Of a DNA stretch of 64,000 bases, positions 36,411 to 45,983 are shown piece by piece (within the stretch, counting starts at the first letter, position 1; each line of letters begins with the position of its first letter). Both the position numbers and the translations under genes were made by a program. Below the pieces are notes generated by a model. The model had not been told where the DNA came from, ran no database searches, and worked only from the letters and a program-made list of their open reading frames with translations. The DNA is from Saprospira sp. CCB-QB6 (GTDB lineage Bacteria; Bacteroidota; Bacteroidia; Chitinophagales; Saprospiraceae), in contig NZ_CP116808.1 of the NCBI RefSeq assembly GCF_028464065.1, positions 1,199,886 through 1,263,885 on the forward strand, written 5' to 3'.

Positions 36411-38588
36411 CTAAGGCAATCGTTTTTGCTGGCGCTTGAGCAACATACTGGCTACCCAAGTCAGAATCCCCCCCAAAATGGTTCCTACCAAAAAGGTAGC
36501 TACCCAATTATTAAACAAGCCCAAATTATTGCCGATGAACAAAACGATTGTGGCAAAAAGGACCAAGTAGAAAATTCGAAAAGCACCACTATAAAACATT
36601 ACATCTCGCACCTTCCAATCTAATAAAGAGAAGGCAAAACCCACAGCCATAAAAAATAACATGGCCAAAAGGGTCGAGAACACCACCCCATTTGCCTTTT
36701 TGATTTGATAAGCTATGGTGTAATGAATTTTATTGCTCTTTGCTACTTTATAGCGTTCAATTTTCTCCAACTTGGTATTCCAAACCTCTCTGGCCGCAAA
36801 CTTTTCTTCCAAGGTGCGCCACAATTCGGTATACCCATGATCATAACTAAGGGCCCAAACAGCAACTCCCCCCATTTTCTTCTCTAGGGCCAAGTCCATC
36901 TTCAAGCCCAAACTCGTCGAGTTATCAAAGTAAATCTCTTTGAGCGGATTGCCCAAAGTATCTACCAAAACGCCAATCATGCTATTGTGCATTTTGTCAT
37001 AACGCACTTTTAATCGGTTGGCCCGAGCCAGATTTCGAATTTCTGAATAAGCCATATAGCCCTCAAAACTTACCCCTGCATCACCTTCCAAGGCCCAAAC
37101 TGCCCCATGATAAGGCAGGGCAAGGACAAGACTAGTACTATGTTTGGCTCCAATTGCTTGAATGTAGCGATCAATAGTTTCCTCCAGACTTTCTTCCAAG
37201 CTATCCGATTCCGAAATAATCCCCTCTAAACCAGAGAAAAGATCAAATTCATGAATCTGAATAGTATCCTGTTCAGGTTCGAACAAGAACATATTGATTG
37301 GATTTCGGGCCGCATAATATTTAGCCAACTCAGCCTGGCAAGCAGTTGCTTTTAATGCTCTGCGGAGATACGGATTATCACGAAGCTCTTTGGTCGCTCG
37401 GATAATGCCCAAAACAGTCCCCAAATCATAGGTATTATACTCCAAATTTGTAATCCCCGCTCTGAGGATGTACATGTTTAAGGTATCCAGCAACTGTCGT
37501 TGATAACCTTCTGTATGTAGCAGTTCAATATTCTTAATTGCAGAAGAAGTCCGAAGCACAGAGTCTAAGCTAATCTTCTCTGAGTAACTCATATAGCTAC
37601 GCTTCCATTTTGCTTCGGGCTTGAGCAAAGGCGTCAAAGGTCCTTTGCTTACGCCTGTTGGTCGCAAATGAAAATTGTAGGCAGAAACAATAAAAATATC
37701 TACCCAATTTTGCAAAAAGCCTAGATCATAGACCTTTTCAGGATCGCGTAAAGGCAAGCTCATCGCAATAGTAAAGTTGGGATTTTCTTCGCGTAGTGCA
37801 AAAGAGAGCTCACGAACAAAATCCTCAAAATCTGCTTTATACTCGATAGGTAATTCTTCAAAGTTAATTTCTACTCCATCTCCCCCAGCATAATTGAGCA
37901 CAGCAATCAAGCTATCAATAAGGTTGCGTTGAACTACCTTTGCTGAAGTAAAAAAGATTTCACTACGCTCCCCTCTATGGCAAGAAAGCGTAAGCATAGC
38001 TTTACAACTATCTTTATGCGCTGTTTTTACAAAATCCCCATTCTTAAACTGATCAATGGCTTCAAAATCTTCATAGCCACCAGTAAAGGGATTCAATTTA
38101 TAGGCATAAAAAGAGGCATGGGTCAATAAACCAAAATTATAGTTGTGGTATTTTTCGCCGGCCCAAGAGGGATGCCAACCCCAAACCACCAAGTTTTGCT
38201 TACTATTGATTTCGGTAGACTGAACATAGAGTGCTGGCTCTTGCTCATACATCTCCTCTGCGCCCAATGGTTTTTCATAACGCGAATAGCGTCCCTTGGC
38301 CATTACTTTAAGGTCCGTTTCTGTCGGCATGCCCCACCAATGGCGAGCTAGCGTTCTAAAACGAGTTTGGCTTAGTTCTAAGACCACCTTATTTTCAATA
38401 ATAGTATCCTTCTCCCGAAGCTTTTCGAGTCGTTGCAAACGCAACTCTGAAGAATCCTCTGCCGTAGGGGTTAGGATTTGGGTGCCATTCAATTCTTTAC
38501 CGTCTAGCTGTGCCAAAAGACCAGAAGTTGCCCAGGCAAAACAAAAGAGTAAGAGTAAAATGGTCCGTATATGTGTCCACATCAACAT
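36411..38588 (-). CDS. Membrane-anchored protein with a GH18 (chitinase-like) domain carrying a degenerate catalytic motif, copy 1
   Basis: Signal peptide, then GGDGVEINFEEL in place of DGxDxDWE, then three C-terminal TM helices. 725 aa. Confidence 0.8.
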   Translation of the reverse strand: MLMWTHIRTILLLLFCFAWATSGLLAQLDGKELNGTQILTPTAEDSSELRLQRLEKLREKDTIIENKVVLELSQTRFRTLARHWWGMPTETDLKVMAKGRYSRYEKPLGAEEMYEQEPALYVQSTEINSKQNLVVWGWHPSWAGEKYHNYNFGLLTHASFYAYKLNPFTGGYEDFEAIDQFKNGDFVKTAHKDSCKAMLTLSCHRGERSEIFFTSAKVVQRNLIDSLIAVLNYAGGDGVEINFEELPIEYKADFEDFVRELSFALREENPNFTIAMSLPLRDPEKVYDLGFLQNWVDIFIVSAYNFHLRPTGVSKGPLTPLLKPEAKWKRSYMSYSEKISLDSVLRTSSAIKNIELLHTEGYQRQLLDTLNMYILRAGITNLEYNTYDLGTVLGIIRATKELRDNPYLRRALKATACQAELAKYYAARNPINMFLFEPEQDTIQIHEFDLFSGLEGIISESDSLEESLEETIDRYIQAIGAKHSTSLVLALPYHGAVWALEGDAGVSFEGYMAYSEIRNLARANRLKVRYDKMHNSMIGVLVDTLGNPLKEIYFDNSTSLGLKMDLALEKKMGGVAVWALSYDHGYTELWRTLEEKFAAREVWNTKLEKIERYKVAKSNKIHYTIAYQIKKANGVVFSTLLAMLFFMAVGFAFSLLDWKVRDVMFYSGAFRIFYLVLFATIVLFIGNNLGLFNNWVATFLVGTILGGILTWVASMLLKRQQKRLP

Positions 38589-38630
38589 AAGTCTTGGGAA
38601 TAAAATCGTCTGAATAAGAAATTGGGAGAA

Positions 38631-40517
38631 TTAAGGGGCTTTGGCTTGTTGCTTATCTACTAAATAGATGATACCATAAGTAAAGAATCCCCCAATAACC
38701 AGCCCCAACAATAAAATAGATGCTCCACCACGGAAAAGTCCATAGTAAGACCCCACCATAAGCAAGAGAGCCGAAAACCAGCCCAGATAAAGCATTCTAA
38801 AACGTCCATTATTAAAGAGGGTTCTGCGCACCTGCTTATTAAAGAGGGCCATGCAAAAACCAGCAGAAGCAAAAATGGCCCAGAAAAGGAGTACTGCTAA
38901 AAGCGTAGCCCCCCAACTTCTAGCCGCCTTACTTGCTGCCCCTAATTTTTCATATGCTTCTAATTGAGGCATCTCTATGGTTGTAAACTCCGAAGAAAGC
39001 GTATTCCATACATTATAATAGCCCAAATCATACCCCAAAGGCCAAACACCTACACCAGCCAAGCCCATATCATTGATAAATTGATACTTGAGCTGTAAAG
39101 TCCGCACATCATCATAATAAAGCTCCGTCCGTACGATATCATCAATTTGTAAGGCTCCTCCTACTTTCTTGAACAAAGTATCTTCTTTGGACCAAACATA
39201 AGAGTAGTAGTTCGAGTCAATTCCCACGGCCTTACTATCACGCATTACAAAATCATTTTGGATTTTGCTATAGGGTACATATCCCTCTAAATCAAAGCCC
39301 CGATTACTACTCTTCCAAAGTGTTCCATAATTGGGCAAAGCCAAAATGAGACGATTCGCTGCATCTCTACCAATAGATGCAATATAATGCTCTACCGATG
39401 AGCGAATATCTTCTTCGCCTGAGGCTGCCGTAAAATTGAGTGGAGCAACAGGCTTCTTAATGATTTCTCCCGTCTTGGGATCATTGTGGTAATCAACCGC
39501 CTTAATAATAAAGAAATCGACATGTTCTTTTAATTTGCTCAAATTAAATACGCCCTCAATATCCACAGCTGGCACACTCATGCAAACTGCTAAATCTGGA
39601 GAGACCGCCCGCAAGGTGAATGAAAGCTGTCGTACAAATTTGAGGAATTCTATTTGAGCAAGAGCAGGTACATTTTCAAAGTTAATTTCTACTCCATCGG
39701 CCTTAGAGGTATCCATCAAATAGACAATATTATCTATGAGGTTTTGCCGCTGCTTTGCATTTTCAGGCGCCAAGAAAAAAGCATTGTTATCATAACTATG
39801 ACTCGTAATACTCAACAAAACTTTACAGTCTTTGGCATGAGCCGTAGGCACAATCCCATTATCAGGATCATCCCCACCCAAAAAGTCATGTATCACTGTC
39901 GAATCTAAAGCTTCGCCTGTATAAGGATCAATATCATAACCATAATAAGCAATAGCCGAAAGCAACCCATAATCATAGGTCTTATATGCATTGCCATTAA
40001 AATGCGCATGCCAACCAAAGACAGTAACAAATTGGCTAGCTGTCCCTTTTACCAGTTTGGGCACCCGAAATTCCGAGCTATCAATTGCACTAATAGAATC
40101 TCTTTGACGCTCAAACTTCAATTTAGCTTCCAAATCAGCATCACTAGGCGTCATCCACCACTGCCCCAAAAGATCAATAAAACGCTTTTTGTTATTGGGG
40201 TTTTCTATTTCCCGCTTTGCATTTTCGTCCTCTATCAACTCTTCTAAAGTAGGATCGTTCTCTGGGATAAAATCTTCCTTCTTAAAAGAAGGCAATTGCT
40301 TATACTCATCAGATTTGGTCCGATAAGCATTCTTAACGGTAGTTTTTCGACTCTCAAACTCATCCCGTAAGGCCCTAGTCGCTTTTTTCTCTAGAGCATT
40401 TCCACCACCTTTTTTGGCAGTTTGGATGGCAATACGGCTCTGTCCCCAGCTATTTGTTGCCAATAATAAGCAACTTAACAAGAGTAGTTTGGCCGTTGTA
40501 TTGATGAAAATTCGCAT
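38631..40517 (-). CDS. Membrane-anchored GH18-like protein, copy 2 (paralog)
   Basis: 628 aa with ADGVEINFENV and the same C-terminal TM architecture. Confidence 0.8.
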   Translation of the reverse strand: MRIFINTTAKLLLLSCLLLATNSWGQSRIAIQTAKKGGGNALEKKATRALRDEFESRKTTVKNAYRTKSDEYKQLPSFKKEDFIPENDPTLEELIEDENAKREIENPNNKKRFIDLLGQWWMTPSDADLEAKLKFERQRDSISAIDSSEFRVPKLVKGTASQFVTVFGWHAHFNGNAYKTYDYGLLSAIAYYGYDIDPYTGEALDSTVIHDFLGGDDPDNGIVPTAHAKDCKVLLSITSHSYDNNAFFLAPENAKQRQNLIDNIVYLMDTSKADGVEINFENVPALAQIEFLKFVRQLSFTLRAVSPDLAVCMSVPAVDIEGVFNLSKLKEHVDFFIIKAVDYHNDPKTGEIIKKPVAPLNFTAASGEEDIRSSVEHYIASIGRDAANRLILALPNYGTLWKSSNRGFDLEGYVPYSKIQNDFVMRDSKAVGIDSNYYSYVWSKEDTLFKKVGGALQIDDIVRTELYYDDVRTLQLKYQFINDMGLAGVGVWPLGYDLGYYNVWNTLSSEFTTIEMPQLEAYEKLGAASKAARSWGATLLAVLLFWAIFASAGFCMALFNKQVRRTLFNNGRFRMLYLGWFSALLLMVGSYYGLFRGGASILLLGLVIGGFFTYGIIYLVDKQQAKAP

Positions 40518-40554
40518 TTCTTTCTGCTTTTCAAATTCTCAATGGGGTGTCTGA

Positions 40555-41595
40555 CTAGCCTTCTTCGGCCTTGAATACTGGAATCTTCTTTTGCAAAAAG
40601 ATCTCTTGGACTCGCTCCCGCTTGATAATCTCCAAGATTTCGGCTCGCTTGAGTTGAAATTTGGCCACCTTAATATAAACCCGCACTCCTGTCACCGTAT
40701 TGAGGTTCCTAAAACACATTTTCAACTGCTTGTAGGTACCCGCCTTATAAGCAGGGATTACCCCAAATGGAGGAGGATTCAAGCCCTGCGTCCCCACATA
40801 ATTATCATTGGCCCTAGGATCCTTAAAATCATAGCGAAGGTTTCGAGCCAAAGAATTATTTGCCATCGGCAAAGTTTCTGTCAAACCTAAACCATACGCC
40901 ATAAGCGGTTCCGTCACCTCTGCCGCAATCCAACTAAGCTTAGGGTTGCTCTTGAGATTTTGATACTCTTGATGGGCCTTATCCCCAATGCCAATCCAAT
41001 AGACAGCATATTGATAATCCCCCTCCAATAAAGCTTCCGTAATGCAACTATCGGCCAAAGACTGATAGTCTAGGGCCGGCTGTAGATCCAACTGAATTTC
41101 TGTAATATCTGGATAGGGAATCGTATCGGGATAAGCCGTGCGCATGGTATCTATTGAGGTCGTTACCATCACATCATCCAATACCAAAGAGTCTTGAAAA
41201 GACATGGCCGGAAACTTATAAATCTGCATACGAAAAGCACGACCAAACAACCCCCGATTTTTCATCACAAAATTATGCACTCCATCCTTAGACGCAATAA
41301 ATGACTCCCGCTCTAAACTACGCACCTTCTTCATGCGCATCTTAAACTGAGTGCCTGGCAATTCCACAATGAGACGGCCCAATTTACGGGCGCCAATGGT
41401 TTGCATATCAATAACAACCTGCTCGCCTTGCTTGAGGTCATAGGAAAGTAGCTTCTTTTTCCAAGCGCCTAATTCTACCAACTCATCAAAGAGAACAATG
41501 CGTTCATCATAAGATTGTTGGGCCTGCATGGGGCTATACAGTAGGCATAACAATAGGGCAAACCACTGCCAATGCAGCTTTTTGGGTATTCTCAT
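40555..41595 (-). CDS. Secreted hypothetical protein
   Basis: Start trimmed to MRIPKKLHWQWFALLLCLLYSPMQAQQ (signal peptide). First gene of the co-oriented block. Confidence 0.65.
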   Translation of the reverse strand: MRIPKKLHWQWFALLLCLLYSPMQAQQSYDERIVLFDELVELGAWKKKLLSYDLKQGEQVVIDMQTIGARKLGRLIVELPGTQFKMRMKKVRSLERESFIASKDGVHNFVMKNRGLFGRAFRMQIYKFPAMSFQDSLVLDDVMVTTSIDTMRTAYPDTIPYPDITEIQLDLQPALDYQSLADSCITEALLEGDYQYAVYWIGIGDKAHQEYQNLKSNPKLSWIAAEVTEPLMAYGLGLTETLPMANNSLARNLRYDFKDPRANDNYVGTQGLNPPPFGVIPAYKAGTYKQLKMCFRNLNTVTGVRVYIKVAKFQLKRAEILEIIKRERVQEIFLQKKIPVFKAEEG

Positions 41596-41790
41596 ATATC
41601 CGTAGCATCTAAGGTTCTGGGGCAAAATTGGCAATTAAAAGTATAGTGTGTGGGCCAAAATCTGCTAGTACAAGCCCAAATTAAAGCTTTTTTCAAAATT
41701 AACCTTAAAATTCTAGGGCCTTTTCTAAACAAAACCTTAAAGGTCCATCAATCGTCTAGCTGTCAAAGTTTTAACAGAGATTAGTTTTTT

Positions 41791-41923
41791 GTGAACTGTT
41801 TTTTTGGGGCCTCCGCTGCGGCTTCGCCTTGCGGCGCTACGTTCCGCAGCTCGCTCTTCGCTCGGCCCTGCGGCGCAAGCGCCTTGGTCTGGCCTGACGG
41901 CCACTGCTGCACATCGCTAGGCC
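41791..41923 (+). repeat. GC-rich interspersed element, variant B
   Basis: TTTTTGGGGCCTCCGC..CGCAGCTCGCT..CACATCGCTAGGCC. Confidence 0.85.
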
Positions 41924-41964
41924 AAATGGATACCCTCCGCTTCAAATATCCTTTCTAATCTTTT

Positions 41965-42258
41965 GGATGGCATATATCTGCGCAAAAAATAGTGGTCCAA
42001 GCTTTCAGATGGTATGTATCTGCGCAAAAAATAGTGGTCCAAGCTTTCGGATGGCATGTATCTGCACAAAAAATAGCCGTCTAAGCTTTTGGACGGCATA
42101 TATCTGTGCAAAAAATAGCTGTCTAGGCTTTTAGACGACACATATCTCCACAAAAAATAACCGTCTAGGCTTTTGGACGACACATATCTCCACAAAAAAT
42201 AACCGTCTAGGCTTTTGGACGATACATATCTCCACAAAAAATAGCGGTCAACTCTTGG
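41965..42258. repeat. Tandem direct repeat, 42-bp unit x 7
   Basis: Units ggatggcatatatctgcgcaaaaaatagtggtccaagctttc diverge progressively. Copies 5 and 6 are identical. No spacers, so it is not a CRISPR array. Confidence 0.9.
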
Positions 42259-42304
42259 GGAGGGGGTATAAGTTGCCTAGAGACAATAAAAGCAGGGACA
42301 ACGC

Positions 42305-42452
42305 CCTAGCTGCGGCTTGGCAGCCGCAGCATCGGCCTAGCGATGTGGAGGGGGGGCCGCAGGCCAGACCGAGGCGGCAAAGCCGCCGAAGGGCCGAGCG
42401 AATAGCGAGCCCCGCAACGTAGCGCCGCAGCTTTGCTGCGGAGGCCCCAAAA
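42305..42452 (-). repeat. GC-rich interspersed element, variant B reverse
   Basis: ggcctagcgatgtgg..gccagaccgaggcggcaaagccgcc..gcagctttgctgcggaggcccc. Confidence 0.85.
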
Positions 42453-42524
42453 ACAAAAAAGCCTAACCCTAATAGAGTTAGACCTTTTTGATTACATCAA
42501 ACGTGAATAATGGGGAAAATTAGC

Positions 42525-45200
42525 TTAGTGTTGGATGACCAACTTTTGGCTCTTAATGAGTTTTCCGGCTTTGTTGCGGAGTAAAACCACATAATGGCCA
42601 TTAGTCCAAGACTGAATATTAAGTTCTAGGCTACCTTCAGCGGCTAAGCCTTGGCGTTGGAAGACCGATTTACCATCTAGGTTAATGATGCCAATTTGCA
42701 AACCTGCTTCTTCGGCAGCAAAGCGCAGTTGGAGCATTGTTGCGGCTGGATTAGGATTAACCAAGAGATAGTTACCCGCAGTCAAACTAATTCCTCCATT
42801 ATTGGGCAAAGTTCCTGCATTTAGGCTATCGCAATCTTGAAATAGCTGAACATGGCCGAGGCATTCTTGTTGGCAGCCGTTAAGATCGATAAGTTGGTAA
42901 GTATATTGGCCAGCGGCTAGGCCTGTAAACTGACCATTGTTGTTATTCTGTACCGTTTGAGTACTCAAGTTAGCTAGGCTAATTTGGAAGGGGGGAGTTC
43001 CGCCGCTAACGGCTAGTTGTAATGCGCCATCATTATTTGCACAGCTAGGCTCTTGGCTACTTAGCACAGCTAAGTTAATGGGAGCGGGTTCAACTATGAT
43101 TACTTGAGTTTGTTCTGTACAGCCGCTAGAGTCTGTTACTTCTACGGTATAGGTTCCAGCGCAGAGTTGGTTAATTTGATTAGTTGTTGCACCGTTGCTC
43201 CAGTTATAGGTATATCCAGAGCTACCTGAGGCGACTACCGTTGCGCTACCATTGCAATCACCAGCACAGCTAAGGCTAGTCACTTTAGTTCTTAAACCAA
43301 AGTTGGGGGTACTACTTAGCGTAACGGTTGTATCATAAGAACAGCCGTTGACATCCATTAGAGCAATTTGGTAGGTACCTTCGGCTAGGCCTGTGATTGT
43401 GTTGCCTACGGATTGTCCGTTAGCAGTTAGGATATAGGGGGCTGTTCCGCCTGATACATTTAGGCTAATGCTTCCGTTGGCTTGGCCACAATTAGGTGCA
43501 GTAAGGCCTGTAAAATAGAGATCCAAGGGGGCGGGGATCGTTACTGTTACTGAATCGACAAAAGCACAGCCGTTGGCATCTAGGACCACCACTTGATAAT
43601 TTCCTGCGGCCAATTGATTAAACTGCGGGTCAGACGAGAAGCCAGCACCGATAGAATAGAGATAGGGAGCGGTACCGCCAAAGGCCGCAATTCCGATACT
43701 TCCGCCATCTCCGCTTGTGGCGCAACTTGGATTTATCACATCAATTTGGGCATTTAGGGGGCGGACTTGGCCATCAATTTCGAAAGAGAGACTAGAGCAA
43801 TTGGGTTCGCAGCCGTTGGCATCTTCTACCCAGATTCCATATTGGCCAGCAGTAAGGTTAGTGAAGACACCTGAGCTATTTTGGAAAATCTCTCCTGTGG
43901 TCCAGTTAATCACTGAATATTGGTAGGGGGCCGCTCCGCCTGTAGCGTTAATCATAGCTTGGCCATCATTGGTTGTGCAAGCTAGGTCTTGGATGGTATC
44001 CAGATTGACGATTAAGCCAGCGCAGTTGGAGCTATCATTATTTCCACCGACTACATTGATAGAGTAGGTATAAGTATTTTGGCCCACCAAGGGACAGGCA
44101 TCATCTTGCACATTGAGGGTAAAGCTATGAAATCCTAGGTCTGCGGCGCTGGGGGTCCAGCAGAACAATCCGTTTTGGAAAGGGTTGCCAGAGGTTGTAA
44201 ATACTGCGTTAGGAATAGCGTTATTGCCGTAAATAAAAGTCTGTTGTCCGGAGTCTACATCATAGGAAAGCACCTCAAAGCAAAGTTGTTGCCCCACGGC
44301 AATTGTGGTGTCGAAAACGGCTCCGCCATTCATACCCGTTAGTGTGGGGGCTTGGTTTTGGCAGTTGACCACGGTAAATTGGATATCGCGAACAATTTCT
44401 CCGATTTTCTGGCCATTTCTAAATTCTTCGACCAATACACAAAGAACCCCCACCTGTGGAGATGAGGGAGTAAAACTGATTGCCCCAGTAGCGGGATTGA
44501 TACTCACGCCATTGTTCGTTATTAGCGGTGAGCTAGCAGAGATCCCTTGAGTAGCATCATAGGTTACGGGAGTATTGGCTGCGCTATAGCAATCTGTGAG
44601 TGAATAATATAGCGAATCGCCGTCTGTGTCTACTGCTCCATGATTATAGAAGACCGATTGGCCGACGCAAGCAAAGGGCGTAGGGTTATTGAGAAAAGTG
44701 GGCGAGTTGTTGCAGGCTGCTAGTCCAGTATTTAGTTCTGTCTCTACATACATTGTATTAGAGCCTGGATTAGTTAGAGTAGTAATGGCATTATTTCTAC
44801 AACAGAGGCTCCAGCTTGCCGTCCAATCTGTACAAGTAGTGGGAATGGTTACAGTTGCTTCGTAGGTATATTTTTCGATACCATAAATACCGTTACCGCC
44901 ATTGCAGGCTGTACCTACAATACCAGGACAAGAGGGGGTAATTTCTACAATAGAAGTTCTTACCATAGTAGTTGTAAATGCGCTACAATTGGGGGAGCTT
45001 AACCTTAGGTTTGTAGTAGTTCCCATATACACGCCATTACAATCTCTATAAGCTTGTAGGCTAAACTTATATTGATTGTTGCCTAGGCAGACATAGGTTA
45101 AATCGACTCCCATAACGTGGGTAGCCTTGGCTTCTTGGGAGGAGAATCCTAGCAAGAAGAGCATAAAGAACAGCATTGTTCTTAGCATAGATGTTTGCAT
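42525..45200 (-). CDS. SprB-repeat cell-surface adhesin with a T9SS (Por) C-terminal sorting domain
   Basis: Signal peptide, repeated GGxAPYxYS motifs, and a C-terminal roughly 80-aa CTD ending KLIKSQKLVIQH. Confidence 0.85.
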   Translation of the reverse strand: MQTSMLRTMLFFMLFLLGFSSQEAKATHVMGVDLTYVCLGNNQYKFSLQAYRDCNGVYMGTTTNLRLSSPNCSAFTTTMVRTSIVEITPSCPGIVGTACNGGNGIYGIEKYTYEATVTIPTTCTDWTASWSLCCRNNAITTLTNPGSNTMYVETELNTGLAACNNSPTFLNNPTPFACVGQSVFYNHGAVDTDGDSLYYSLTDCYSAANTPVTYDATQGISASSPLITNNGVSINPATGAISFTPSSPQVGVLCVLVEEFRNGQKIGEIVRDIQFTVVNCQNQAPTLTGMNGGAVFDTTIAVGQQLCFEVLSYDVDSGQQTFIYGNNAIPNAVFTTSGNPFQNGLFCWTPSAADLGFHSFTLNVQDDACPLVGQNTYTYSINVVGGNNDSSNCAGLIVNLDTIQDLACTTNDGQAMINATGGAAPYQYSVINWTTGEIFQNSSGVFTNLTAGQYGIWVEDANGCEPNCSSLSFEIDGQVRPLNAQIDVINPSCATSGDGGSIGIAAFGGTAPYLYSIGAGFSSDPQFNQLAAGNYQVVVLDANGCAFVDSVTVTIPAPLDLYFTGLTAPNCGQANGSISLNVSGGTAPYILTANGQSVGNTITGLAEGTYQIALMDVNGCSYDTTVTLSSTPNFGLRTKVTSLSCAGDCNGSATVVASGSSGYTYNWSNGATTNQINQLCAGTYTVEVTDSSGCTEQTQVIIVEPAPINLAVLSSQEPSCANNDGALQLAVSGGTPPFQISLANLSTQTVQNNNNGQFTGLAAGQYTYQLIDLNGCQQECLGHVQLFQDCDSLNAGTLPNNGGISLTAGNYLLVNPNPAATMLQLRFAAEEAGLQIGIINLDGKSVFQRQGLAAEGSLELNIQSWTNGHYVVLLRNKAGKLIKSQKLVIQH

Positions 45201-45370
45201 AATAATTTAGTTTTAACACGTTTGATGATGTATTAAGGTAACGATTTGTTAAGATATTTGGCTGCTTTAGGGGAATATAATTCCTTATTCGTGAAATGTT
45301 TAGTGGGTTTAATTTAACAATTGTTAAAGTTGATAATTCTATATAACAATGTTGAAAAAGCTACTACATT

Positions 45371-45847
45371 GTGCGCCTAATAGCTACAATACCACTCATT
45401 AGATTGATGAAACAATTAGATCACATACAGCCAAAATGCTCTACATTCTCCTATTTGGGACGAATGCTTTTGCTGTTTTTGTTTCTCTTTAATGCGGGAG
45501 CTGGTTTTGCTGCTCATCCTATTCAGCAGCAGGATCATCATTTGAGTTTTAGCAAGAAGCCAGCATCAGACTGGCAGCAACATCTTTATGATTTTGATGG
45601 CGAGGAGAAAGACACCAATGAGGAAGAAATAGAGGGAGAAGAAGCTGAAGAACTAAAACAGCTCTTGTTTTGGTCTATAGATGTTCTTCCTTCTTTTTCT
45701 AGATGGTCTCCTCCCCTTCCTTCCTTTCACAGTTTTTTTATTCCTAAGCCGCATCCTTCTGCTTGTCGCTTTTTGCCTAATACAGAGGCTCAAAAGCAGC
45801 AGAAGCTCTATTTGCGCTTACATTCCTTGAAATTAGATTTGGCTTAA
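45371..45847 (+). CDS. Hypothetical low-complexity protein
   Basis: ORF only. Contains an acidic low-complexity stretch. The start is uncertain. Confidence 0.25.
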   Translation: MRLIATIPLIRLMKQLDHIQPKCSTFSYLGRMLLLFLFLFNAGAGFAAHPIQQQDHHLSFSKKPASDWQQHLYDFDGEEKDTNEEEIEGEEAEELKQLLFWSIDVLPSFSRWSPPLPSFHSFFIPKPHPSACRFLPNTEAQKQQKLYLRLHSLKLDLA

Positions 45848-45983
45848 GTCTATCTGCATTTAGGCAGATACACACACCTATTGATTTACAACAGTTTGTA
45901 AATCCAATAACCTATTTCCTTTATTCAACTAGGTATTGGGCAACTTCTTTCTGTCCAATATGTAGACTTAAGCCTTCTGAATC

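Noticed and set aside
36411-40517. Active chitinases
   Set aside because: The GH18 catalytic signature DGxDxDWE is replaced by DGVEINFE(E/N), which lacks the two acidic residues preceding the proton donor. Called GH18-like pseudo-enzymes or binding domains pending alignment.
41965-42258. Possible CRISPR array or repeat-containing protein (106-aa minus-strand ORF 41917-42237 with 14-aa repeats)
   Set aside because: Units are contiguous with no unique spacers, so it is not a CRISPR array. The ORF lacks a plausible start or RBS context, is wedged between two repeat elements, and its nucleotide units diverge in a way typical of non-coding minisatellites. Kept as a tandem DNA repeat.
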